Source: an uncultured Bacteroidales bacterium
Lineage (GTDB): Bacteria > Bacteroidota > Bacteroidia > Bacteroidales > CAZSJF01
Direction of reading: 5' to 3'
Assembly (NCBI GenBank): GCA_964606705.1
Contig: CAZSJF010000003.1
Span: 1-35,314 of the forward strand
DNA length: 35,314 nucleotides
Part shown: positions 15,994 to 23,560 of the stretch, one piece after another
How the letters are laid out: the number at the start of each line of letters is the position of its first letter
How positions within the stretch are numbered: position 1 is the stretch's first letter
Notes under the pieces: generated by a model
Seen by the model: only the letters and a program-made list of their open reading frames with translations
Databases searched by the model: none
What the model was told of the DNA's origin: nothing
Translations under genes and position numbers: made by a program

Positions 15994-16344
15994 ATGAAAA
16001 AAATTTTGTTTTTGGCAATTATTACAGTTATAACCATTGTGAGTTGCAAAAAGGATAATGTTGACAACAGGTCAACACTTAAAAAAATGTACAGGGAATA
16101 TAAAAACGGAGAGATTGATGAATGCAAATACAACGGTGAGGTTGTTTATACTGCATGCCTTAATGCTTATGACGCAGGGACCATAGTATATGACGAAGAC
16201 GGTAATAAAATCGGAACGTGCAATTATGCATGGGGGCCTGTTGAATCTATTTGCGCGCAATTACAGGATTATGAAGTGATTTATCGCTGCAAAAATCACA
16301 TTTCAGGGCAACCTCCTGTTGACAAGTACAAACTGGGTAATTGA
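15994..16344 (+). CDS. small Cys-rich lipoprotein, function unknown
   Basis: 116-aa ORF with a lipobox (ITIVSC/KKD) and five further Cys residues. It lies 41 nt downstream of 14465..15952 with no promoter motif or hairpin between them, so it is probably co-transcribed. Confidence 0.55.
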   Translation: MKKILFLAIITVITIVSCKKDNVDNRSTLKKMYREYKNGEIDECKYNGEVVYTACLNAYDAGTIVYDEDGNKIGTCNYAWGPVESICAQLQDYEVIYRCKNHISGQPPVDKYKLGN

Positions 16345-16384
16345 CATAAAAAACGAAATTATTGTTGAAAAATTAATATTTAAC

Positions 16385-16411
16385 GCAACCTTTTTTAATT
16401 CAAATCATCTA
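16385..16411 (+). promoter_or_regulatory. ECF-type promoter motif, site F (upstream of the serpin gene)
   Basis: The plus strand reads ACGCAACCTTTTTTAATTCAAATCATCTACTAA. The spacing is GCAACC-N17-TCTA, and the motif ends about 40 nt upstream of the ATG at 16451. Confidence 0.5.
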
Positions 16412-16450
16412 CTAATTAAAAACGAGTTATTAATTTAAAAACTAAAGATT

Positions 16451-17695
16451 ATGAAAACAATAAAAATCATATGGAGTGTTATCATAGGAATAGCATTTCT
16501 GGCAGTTTCCTGCGAAAAAGTGCCTTCACCCGGTACAGGTAAAAACATAACCGATATAGGCAATATTAAAAAATCATTGATTAATTCAACAAATGCCTTC
16601 GGGTTTGAATTTTTCAAAAAAGTAAATGACAGTGAAAGTGGTAATGATACCAATATCCTGATTTCTCCGGTGAGCGCATCAATAGCTCTTGCAATGGCTT
16701 ATAATGGTGCTGACGGCACTACAAAAGAGGCCATGGGGCAGACTCTTAAACTGAACGGCCTTAGTGTTGATGAAATAAACAATTCATATAAAGCACTGAT
16801 GGAGTTATTGTCGGCCTCAGGTCCGGATATTACAACAAATATTGCCAATTCAATATGGTATAGAAATACTTTTTATATTATTCCTGATTTCTTAAATGTA
16901 AATACTGATTATTATAATGCTGAGGTAACGCCTCTTGATTTTAACGATCCTGACAGCAAGGACATAATAAATAACTGGGTTGCACAAAAAACAAATGATA
17001 AAATAACAGAAATTATTGATGGCATTCCTCCTGATGCAGTTATGTATCTTATTAATGCTGTTTATTTCAAAGGTATTTGGAAATATGAATTTGATGAGGA
17101 TAAAACGTTTGAAAGCGATTTTTTTATGGAAAACGGAAATACGGCTCCTGTATCAATGATGATCCAGAAAGGGATTTATAATTATTATTCCAATGATGTG
17201 TTCAGTGCCCTGGAATTACCATACGGAAATGAAAAATACAGCATGATTATATTACTCCCGAATGAAAATAACAAAGTCAATGATGTGATCAATTATCTGG
17301 ATAATGACAGCTGGGATTTATGTATGGAAAATTTTCATGCAATAACAGACAGCATGTATATATATATACCTAAATTCAAATTCAGATATGAAAAAACACT
17401 GAACGACATTTTAACAGATATGGGTATGGGTATTGCTTTTAGTTCTGACGCTGACTTTTCAAAAATAAATCCGGTAGCAGGCTTATTTATTTCAAATGTT
17501 AAACAAAAAACTTATATAGAAGTTAATGAGCAGGGGACAGAAGCTGCTGCGGTTACTTCTATAGAATTTGGTACTACCAGTGCTTTTGAAAATATATTCT
17601 CTGTGAACAGGCCATTTGTTGCCGCAATAGTTGAAAAAAGCACAGGCACAATTCTTTTTATAGGTAAGATCAACAAGCCTGTTATTTGTGGATAG
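16451..17695 (+). CDS. serpin-family protease inhibitor, predicted lipoprotein
   Basis: 414-aa ORF with a lipobox (IAFLAVSC/EK). The serpin core motifs are NILISPVSASIALAMAYNGADGTTKEAM, INNWVAQKTNDKITEII and YLINAVYFKGIWKYEFD. The reactive-centre-loop hinge is EQGTEAAAVT, and the C-terminal signature is FSVNRPFVAAIVEKSTGTILFIGKINKP. Confidence 0.9.
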   Translation: MKTIKIIWSVIIGIAFLAVSCEKVPSPGTGKNITDIGNIKKSLINSTNAFGFEFFKKVNDSESGNDTNILISPVSASIALAMAYNGADGTTKEAMGQTLKLNGLSVDEINNSYKALMELLSASGPDITTNIANSIWYRNTFYIIPDFLNVNTDYYNAEVTPLDFNDPDSKDIINNWVAQKTNDKITEIIDGIPPDAVMYLINAVYFKGIWKYEFDEDKTFESDFFMENGNTAPVSMMIQKGIYNYYSNDVFSALELPYGNEKYSMIILLPNENNKVNDVINYLDNDSWDLCMENFHAITDSMYIYIPKFKFRYEKTLNDILTDMGMGIAFSSDADFSKINPVAGLFISNVKQKTYIEVNEQGTEAAAVTSIEFGTTSAFENIFSVNRPFVAAIVEKSTGTILFIGKINKPVICG

Positions 17696-17721
17696 AAGAG
17701 AGAAGAAGATATTATAGATAT

Positions 17722-18720
17722 TTATTGTCCTTTTATCTTTTCTTTAAGTGCGATAACTTTTTCCCTGGCATTATTAAAAAATCTGAAGCGGTGTTTCTCT
17801 GAGACACCGCTTATTAATGTTGATTTCTTTATAAATCCTTTCAGCCACAGTTCGGTTTCATCACAAAAAGCGGCATTTGTGGTAAACATGCTGTTAAAAG
17901 TGTAATTACGCAGGAAAACGGTTTTTATGCCGTCTGTTTTCACAAGGATACAGTTGTTTCCTATATCTACATCACTGTTATATACGTAATAATTATTTTC
18001 ATATCCTGCAACGGAAGCTTTTGTGGAATGCTCTGTCTCCTGTTGTATGTTTTCAAGTAATATAATCAGTGCATCACACAGATTAACTGCATCATCCTTT
18101 GTCGTAAATAATCCTGATTCATAATAGTAGTCAATCTGTTTTAAGGTGCTGATGATTGTAAGGTCGCTCCATATCTCAATGCTTGGTATTTTGGAATAGA
18201 CCTCAAATATCTGTTTGCCTTTTTCTATCAGGTCTTTATCTACCAGAGAAGGGGTGTATTTTTTATCTTCAAGTTCCGGCACATTAAGAGTGGACTTCAT
18301 CCAGTAAAACATTTTGAAAATGCCTAATTCCTGGAATTTAAACTGGTGAAAAATGGGAATATCCGCCGCCGCATAAATAATTTCTTTTTCTTTTGCGCTT
18401 AATATTCTTTTCAATGCATTGAGCAGATCCGTAATATAATCATTAAAACTTTCTGTGTTGCTGAGAAACCGATTGTAACTGAAGTTTACAACACCTGTCT
18501 CACTTGTACAAAATGAATCAAAAGAAATTTTATAGCGCTCGCATATTTTAATAATCTCGTCAATTGTAAACGAAGTTTCTCCTCTTATACGCCTGTATGC
18601 ACTGTCATTGCTTACACCAAGCAGATCGGCCAGTTCGTTGACAAGAGAATAGTTTTTGGGAAGAGCTGTTTTTATACGGTCGATGAATTTTTGCTGATTG
18701 CTTGTATTTTCCTTTTGCAT
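17722..18720 (-). CDS. helix-turn-helix transcriptional regulator (BetR-like N-terminal HTH plus ~270-aa uncharacterised C-terminal domain)
   Basis: The ORF is open to 18870, but I place the start at the ATG at 18720 (MQKENTSNQQKFIDRIKTALPKNYSLVNELADLLGVSNDSAYRRIRGETSFTIDEIIKICERYKISFDSF). The HTH then sits at the N-terminus. The extra 50 codons overlap palindromic and direct-repeat DNA that looks like an operator region. Confidence 0.6.
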   Translation of the reverse strand: MQKENTSNQQKFIDRIKTALPKNYSLVNELADLLGVSNDSAYRRIRGETSFTIDEIIKICERYKISFDSFCTSETGVVNFSYNRFLSNTESFNDYITDLLNALKRILSAKEKEIIYAAADIPIFHQFKFQELGIFKMFYWMKSTLNVPELEDKKYTPSLVDKDLIEKGKQIFEVYSKIPSIEIWSDLTIISTLKQIDYYYESGLFTTKDDAVNLCDALIILLENIQQETEHSTKASVAGYENNYYVYNSDVDIGNNCILVKTDGIKTVFLRNYTFNSMFTTNAAFCDETELWLKGFIKKSTLISGVSEKHRFRFFNNAREKVIALKEKIKGQ

Positions 18721-18786
18721 AAAAATATGGGGTAAAGCCTTAAATGACAGAGTATTTTTATGCAATATACAATAATAATTCCGGAT

Positions 18787-18807
18787 AATTTGCAAAAAAT
18801 GCAAATT
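18787..18807. promoter_or_regulatory. candidate operator: perfect palindrome AATTTGCA-N5-TGCAAATT
   Basis: The perfect inverted repeat is 18787-18794 with 18800-18807. The 11-mer AAAATGCAAAT (18796-18806) recurs exactly 50 bp away at 18846-18856. The site lies in the divergent region between the HTH regulator (17722..18720) and the membrane protein gene (18960..19424). Confidence 0.4.
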
Positions 18808-18959
18808 TCTTTTCTGTTCGTAATTCATCCTTTCAATTTTTTCAGAAAATGCAAATCCAAAAACTGCCATAGTGGTTATCCGTTTTGAATGGCCTGAAGG
18901 CAGTAGTATCTTTACATCATCAAACCGAAAAAATGTTTAACAATTAAAAACAAAAAATT

Positions 18960-19424
18960 ATGAAAACAAAAATTAAAATTAAAATTATTCACTGGATACC
19001 ACGTATCCTGTGTATTTCAGCAATTCTGTTTCTCGGTGTATTTGCTTTTGATTCATTTGCTCCGGAGCTAAGCATGAAACAACAGATAATAGGATTTCTT
19101 ATGCACCTGATTCCAAATTTTGTCCTGCTCCTTGCTCTTATTATCGCATGGAAACGGGAACTGACAGGAGGAATAATATTTGCAGTTATAGGAATTCTGA
19201 TGATGACTTTTTATATCTGCAGATGGCATATGTCAGCTGTGAATATATGGGCAATAGTTACTCTTTTGACTATTCCATTCCCGTTTATACTGGTGGGCTT
19301 TTTATTCATTCTTAGTTATTATATGAAGAAGAAACAATCAAAGCCTATCATTTCAAAGGAAGCAATAAATGGTGCTGAACATACTGAAGGTAGCCAGGTT
19401 TACGAAAACTTGTTTTTTTTCTGA
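18960..19424 (+). CDS. hypothetical integral membrane protein (about four TM helices)
   Basis: 154-aa ORF with hydrophobic segments ILCISAILFLGVFAF, FLMHLIPNFVLLLALIIAW, GGIIFAVIGILMMTFYI and IWAIVTLLTIPFPFILVGFLFIL. Confidence 0.55.
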   Translation: MKTKIKIKIIHWIPRILCISAILFLGVFAFDSFAPELSMKQQIIGFLMHLIPNFVLLLALIIAWKRELTGGIIFAVIGILMMTFYICRWHMSAVNIWAIVTLLTIPFPFILVGFLFILSYYMKKKQSKPIISKEAINGAEHTEGSQVYENLFFF

Positions 19425-19520
19425 AAATGATATCCCTGAAAGATCAAACTTAGAACTTTCTGTGACTTTATTTTTTTATGTATAAATAAATTGTAGTATA
19501 AATTTTAAAATTAAAAAACG

Positions 19521-20636
19521 ATGAAAACAAAAATGAAAAAAATCAGAAACACAATGTTATGCCTTATCATAGGAATAAGCTGCATGACGACAAATGCACA
19601 ATCGCACAAAAAAGTTGCCGGAGTGCTTAACATTTATTCCAAAGATGTCGGAATTACAAGTGCCCAGATGGGCAACCTTCTCCGCGGTGAAGTGGAAAAA
19701 ACAGACAGCTTTGATGTTATTGACAGGTTTGATATTGAATATCTTATCAAACAAAAAGAACTGAATCCCGATTGCAATAGCAAATTATGCCTTGTGGAAA
19801 TAGGTAAAATAATCAATGCGGATAAGATGTTTTTCGGTAGTGTTGAACTTGTGGCTCAACAGATCATTGTAACATTAAAATTAATTGATGTAAAATCAGG
19901 TGTTGTGGAAAAGACACAGGTTAATGAATTTCTTAACCTGCCTGCGGAAATTAAAAATATGCTCAATATCACTGTCAGCGAGATGTTCGGATTAAAAGTT
20001 GATGAAATATTAAAATCCAGGCTGACACAGAAATATAATTATGATAATGCTATTAATAATCCTAAAGTTGAGAAGCTCAATTGTTCGGGTACAAGAATGG
20101 GCGCTGCTTTTTACACAGGGGATTATGCCAAATTGATATCAGCAGCAAAAAATAAAGGAGGTTATGACGGATATCCTGCTATGTACCAATTCGGATACCA
20201 GTTTGAACAGCAATATCTAAATGAAGGTAATTTTCAGGCTTTGTTTGAATTCATACCTATGATCACAGGGCTGGACCAGGGTTTGTGTATCCCGAGCTTC
20301 ACCATCCTGAATGGGTTAAGAAATAACAGGAATGGATTTGAATTTGCATGCGGGCCTACATTTTTTATAGGCAGGATGGCAAGAGGATATTATCAGGAAG
20401 GGGAGTGGCACCTGACAAGTGAGTGGGGCAATGACAGTCTCAGAAATCCTTATGAAATTGTTTACAGGAGCGACAGCAGGGGATTGCCGCAGCTTTCCAC
20501 AGGGTTTATATTCGCCTTCGGGAAGACGATCAAATCAGGCAATCTGAATATCCCTGTCAATGCTTATGTTATCCCTCATAAGGATGGCCTGCAGATTGGT
20601 GTGTCATTCGGATATAATTCAAAGAAAAGGAAGTAA
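19521..20636 (+). CDS. hypothetical secreted protein or lipoprotein
   Basis: 371-aa ORF with a signal sequence containing Cys (LCLIIGISCMTTNAQS). The N-terminal ~130 aa weakly resemble small periplasmic CsgG/LpoB-type domains (VAGVLNIYSKD...FDVIDRFDIEYLIKQKEL...CLVEIGKIINADKMFFGSVE...VTLKLIDVKSG). The C-terminal half is beta-rich. Function is unknown. Confidence 0.5.
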   Translation: MKTKMKKIRNTMLCLIIGISCMTTNAQSHKKVAGVLNIYSKDVGITSAQMGNLLRGEVEKTDSFDVIDRFDIEYLIKQKELNPDCNSKLCLVEIGKIINADKMFFGSVELVAQQIIVTLKLIDVKSGVVEKTQVNEFLNLPAEIKNMLNITVSEMFGLKVDEILKSRLTQKYNYDNAINNPKVEKLNCSGTRMGAAFYTGDYAKLISAAKNKGGYDGYPAMYQFGYQFEQQYLNEGNFQALFEFIPMITGLDQGLCIPSFTILNGLRNNRNGFEFACGPTFFIGRMARGYYQEGEWHLTSEWGNDSLRNPYEIVYRSDSRGLPQLSTGFIFAFGKTIKSGNLNIPVNAYVIPHKDGLQIGVSFGYNSKKRK

Positions 20637-20660
20637 ATGTGTATTGACTTTTTGAATTAA

Positions 20661-20690
20661 AGGGACACTGAGCGGAGTCGAAGTGTCCCT
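20661..20690. repeat. GC-rich hairpin, minimal member of the same repeat family as 6750..6850 (possible terminator of 19521..20636)
   Basis: AGGGACACT (20661-20669) pairs with AGTGTCCCT (20682-20690), giving a perfect 9-bp stem around the loop GAGCGGAGTCGA. It lies 25 nt after the stop at 20636. No U-tract follows. Confidence 0.55.
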
Positions 20691-20734
20691 TCAATAATCA
20701 TCCAAAATATAAATTATTAAAAAATAAAAAATGT

Positions 20735-21295
20735 ATGAAAACACTTATAATAATGCCAATTGCAATGATAATCCTGCTGATTGTTTCATTGTCGTCTTAC
20801 ACTCAGACGCCGGTGATTATCAAAACATTAAATGTTAATATTTATTCAGCTGAGAAATATGAGTCTTCAAAGCAGAATATACTTGCACTGATAGATTCCT
20901 GCAAATGCCAACTCATATCTATGAGTGAAACGAAGACTGATAATAAGAATCAGAAAATTACTATTGAACTGGCTGTAAATGACGGATGTTTTAAGAAGAT
21001 CGACAAACACCTGACGGAACTGGGTTATATAAGTTTTAAAAATATAAAAACTGAGGATAAAACAGCTGAAATGGATACTGCCGGCATCAGTAAAGACATT
21101 GTTTTTCTGAAAGAGAATAAATCAGGGTACGAGGGACAACTCGCAAAACTGAAACCTGACAGTGAGTTATACGGGCAACTGTGGCAGAAAAAAACAGATA
21201 TAGAAACACAGATATATGAGAAGGAAAAAATGCTTGCTTCGGCCAGAATAAAAATAACGGCCCCTCATAAAATGCAGATTACAATATGTGAATAA
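20735..21295 (+). CDS. hypothetical secreted protein, DUF4349-like pattern with coiled-coil C-terminus
   Basis: 186-aa ORF with the signal MKTLIIMPIAMIILLIVSLSSYTQ. It consists of an alpha/beta N-domain followed by a heptad-like segment (EGQLAKLKPDSELYGQLWQKKTDIETQIYEKEKMLASA). The family assignment is weak. Confidence 0.45.
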   Translation: MKTLIIMPIAMIILLIVSLSSYTQTPVIIKTLNVNIYSAEKYESSKQNILALIDSCKCQLISMSETKTDNKNQKITIELAVNDGCFKKIDKHLTELGYISFKNIKTEDKTAEMDTAGISKDIVFLKENKSGYEGQLAKLKPDSELYGQLWQKKTDIETQIYEKEKMLASARIKITAPHKMQITICE

Positions 21296-21420
21296 TACCA
21301 ATTCTTAGCATAAAATAGTCCAAACTATCTTGTGCTTAGAAGTGGTTAATGCCGATGTTATTATGTATAGCGTGATTGATCATATTGTAGATAGGACTAT
21401 TTCATAATAGCCATTGGTAT
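21295..21420. repeat. 126-bp element bounded by nested inverted repeats
   Basis: ATACCAAT (21295-21302) pairs with ATTGGTAT (21413-21420), and AAAATAGTCC (21312-21321) pairs with GGACTATTT (21394-21402). The element starts at the last base of the stop codon of 20735..21295 and lies upstream of the terminator at 21434..21487. Confidence 0.4.
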
Positions 21421-21433
21421 AAAAAGAATACTG

Positions 21434-21487
21434 AACGAATGGGTTGAATGAATAAAATCAGAAAATATATCAACTCATTCGGTTTTT
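21434..21487 (+). terminator. putative intrinsic terminator for 20735..21295
   Basis: CGAATGGGTTGA (21436-21447) pairs with TCAACTCATTCG (21470-21481), giving 12 bp with one G-U pair and a 22-nt loop. It is followed by GTTTTTC. Confidence 0.45.
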
Positions 21488-21532
21488 CTCTTAAAATAAA
21501 CATCTATTTAAGGGTGCGGGCTTCAGCTCAAA

Positions 21533-23404
21533 CTACTGAACTATAACTCTTACCTCTTCAGAAAAATCCCTGTTTGATACTTTAATAAAGTATAATCCTT
21601 CGGGTAAGTCAATCTGGATGTCAAATTCATCCTTCTTTTCTGTTTGGCGCATTAGTTTTCCGTCCTCGTCATATATATTTACTGATACTTTACCATAATT
21701 CTGTTTAACGTGTAAGCAATAACCACATATTACCGGGTTAGGATAAACTTCAAAACAACTTCTGGAACTATTATTTATTTCAGCTATATTGGAATAGGTA
21801 TATTTACCATCAAAGTCTATTTGTTTCAATCTGTAATAAGAAATACCCTTTAAAGGGTTATCATCAGTTACCTGATAATTTTTGACACTATTGCTGTTAT
21901 GCGCCCCCTCCAGTGTTGAAATAGCATGGAAATTAACCGCATCTGAAGAACGTTCAACTGTAAAATAATCATTGTTTGTTTCTGTTGCCGTTTTCCATGT
22001 TATTTCCGTAACACCGTCTTTCAGTATTGCATTAAAATCAATCAGTTCTATCGGTAAAGGCTCTTCAAGTTCAAACTGAAAATTATTCAGTATAGGCAAT
22101 CTGTAACCTTCCCACCATGTGTTCATTGTCCTTACATCACCAAAGTTTGTACTCCAGCTATGACCATTTGAAAGAGAACCGTCGACATTAACAGTACCAC
22201 CTGAAAAATTTGAATCATCCCAGTACAATTGTGCCTGCCCTGTCATAGGACGAATTCTGTTTACAATATAACCATCCAGATGTGTTTCAGGGTCATATAA
22301 CGGAAAATGTGTTACTCCTGATGCAAATGAAGAAGTTATTACGACAACAGGAGTGGATGCATCAACATAATTACCAAAGCCATCTTTTCCGTCCCACATA
22401 ATTGTATCCGGTCCTGCATTTACATACTGAACCATGATAACATCTTTGGTCCCGGACTGGTATCCGGGTATGCCGTTCAGATCAATAATCATTTCAACAG
22501 TGCCTCCGACTGACATGTTTATTGCAAACAAAACTGTATCCTGATAGTATGGGGTTCCGATTACTTGTAAATTTTGAATTATCTGAGGTATCTGTCCTGA
22601 AGGATAAACAGTTGAATCGGGATCATTCAGGAAAATCTTATACTGCGGCCTTGTTGAATTTCCTGCAACAGATTTTCTGTTCTCATTGTTGCCATATGGT
22701 GTATTGCCAGGCCCTGTACTATTGCAGGATATAACAAATCCGTAAGGCTGAATACCATTCATATCAAGTTCTGCAACATATCCGTCATCAGTATAAACAT
22801 AAAAACTGCCATTATACCTGTTATCATATGAACGTGTATTCAGATCCCAAGCATAAGACCATAATCTGCCGGGAATAGGAACATTATCTGCATTTACTAC
22901 TGTCAGGTCGAATAAATCAAAATGGTAGGCACTTGACAATGTGGTTGTAAATTCAATATAAAAATCTCCTGTTGTAGCCGGAGTGAATAAAAAAGGGTTA
23001 TATCCGTTTGCAGGAGAGCCGCTTATTTTAGGTCCTGCAACTGCCTGATCGTATGTGCTTATATATCCGGTACCTGAAGAAGGAACAGATGTTCTGGCAT
23101 AAACAACATTTCCTGCAGGGTCTTTGATCCTGAATGTAGAACTGCCGCTGCCTACATGCTGAAAGCCAAAATATACTTTTTCATTTGTATTTGAAATGTG
23201 AAAATATAATCTGTGTAAAGGATCTGAATTTGATTCTAATGCGAATGGCCTGCCCTGATCATTAATCTGCAAATTCCCATAATCAGAAGATGTGGGCCTG
23301 AATTGTTTAGTCCCTTCGGATATCAAGACATTTACTTGTGTTAATAATAAAAAAACAACCAGAAGTAAATTTTTCAAAATTTTTATTTCAAAAGTTGCTT
23401 TCAT
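21533..23404 (-). CDS. large T9SS cargo protein, function unknown
   Basis: 623-aa ORF with a signal sequence (LLLVVFLLLTQVNVLISEG). It has a beta-sandwich module before the CTD (IELIDFNAILKDGVTEITWKTATETNNDYFTVERSSD..YYRLKQIDFDGKYTYSNI). The CTD is VYPNPVICGYCLHV..VNIYDEDGKLM..GLYFIKVSNRDFSEEVRVIVQ. Confidence 0.7.
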   Translation of the reverse strand: MKATFEIKILKNLLLVVFLLLTQVNVLISEGTKQFRPTSSDYGNLQINDQGRPFALESNSDPLHRLYFHISNTNEKVYFGFQHVGSGSSTFRIKDPAGNVVYARTSVPSSGTGYISTYDQAVAGPKISGSPANGYNPFLFTPATTGDFYIEFTTTLSSAYHFDLFDLTVVNADNVPIPGRLWSYAWDLNTRSYDNRYNGSFYVYTDDGYVAELDMNGIQPYGFVISCNSTGPGNTPYGNNENRKSVAGNSTRPQYKIFLNDPDSTVYPSGQIPQIIQNLQVIGTPYYQDTVLFAINMSVGGTVEMIIDLNGIPGYQSGTKDVIMVQYVNAGPDTIMWDGKDGFGNYVDASTPVVVITSSFASGVTHFPLYDPETHLDGYIVNRIRPMTGQAQLYWDDSNFSGGTVNVDGSLSNGHSWSTNFGDVRTMNTWWEGYRLPILNNFQFELEEPLPIELIDFNAILKDGVTEITWKTATETNNDYFTVERSSDAVNFHAISTLEGAHNSNSVKNYQVTDDNPLKGISYYRLKQIDFDGKYTYSNIAEINNSSRSCFEVYPNPVICGYCLHVKQNYGKVSVNIYDEDGKLMRQTEKKDEFDIQIDLPEGLYFIKVSNRDFSEEVRVIVQ

Positions 23405-23560
23405 TTTAAAAATTTTTATTAATTTTGTTAAAACTTTAAATTATACATTAATCTATTTTATATACCAATATACGAAATTTTTTACTAAAAGTCAAGTATT
23501 TCGGGATAAATTTTATATTTAAGACCAAATAGCTACAAAAAATTTAAAAACATTAATTTT

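Noticed and set aside
18721-18870. N-terminal 50-codon extension of the HTH regulator ORF (track start 18870).
   Set aside because: The extension has no domain-like sequence. It overlaps palindromic and direct-repeat DNA in what looks like a divergent promoter region. The HTH begins directly after the internal ATG at 18720.
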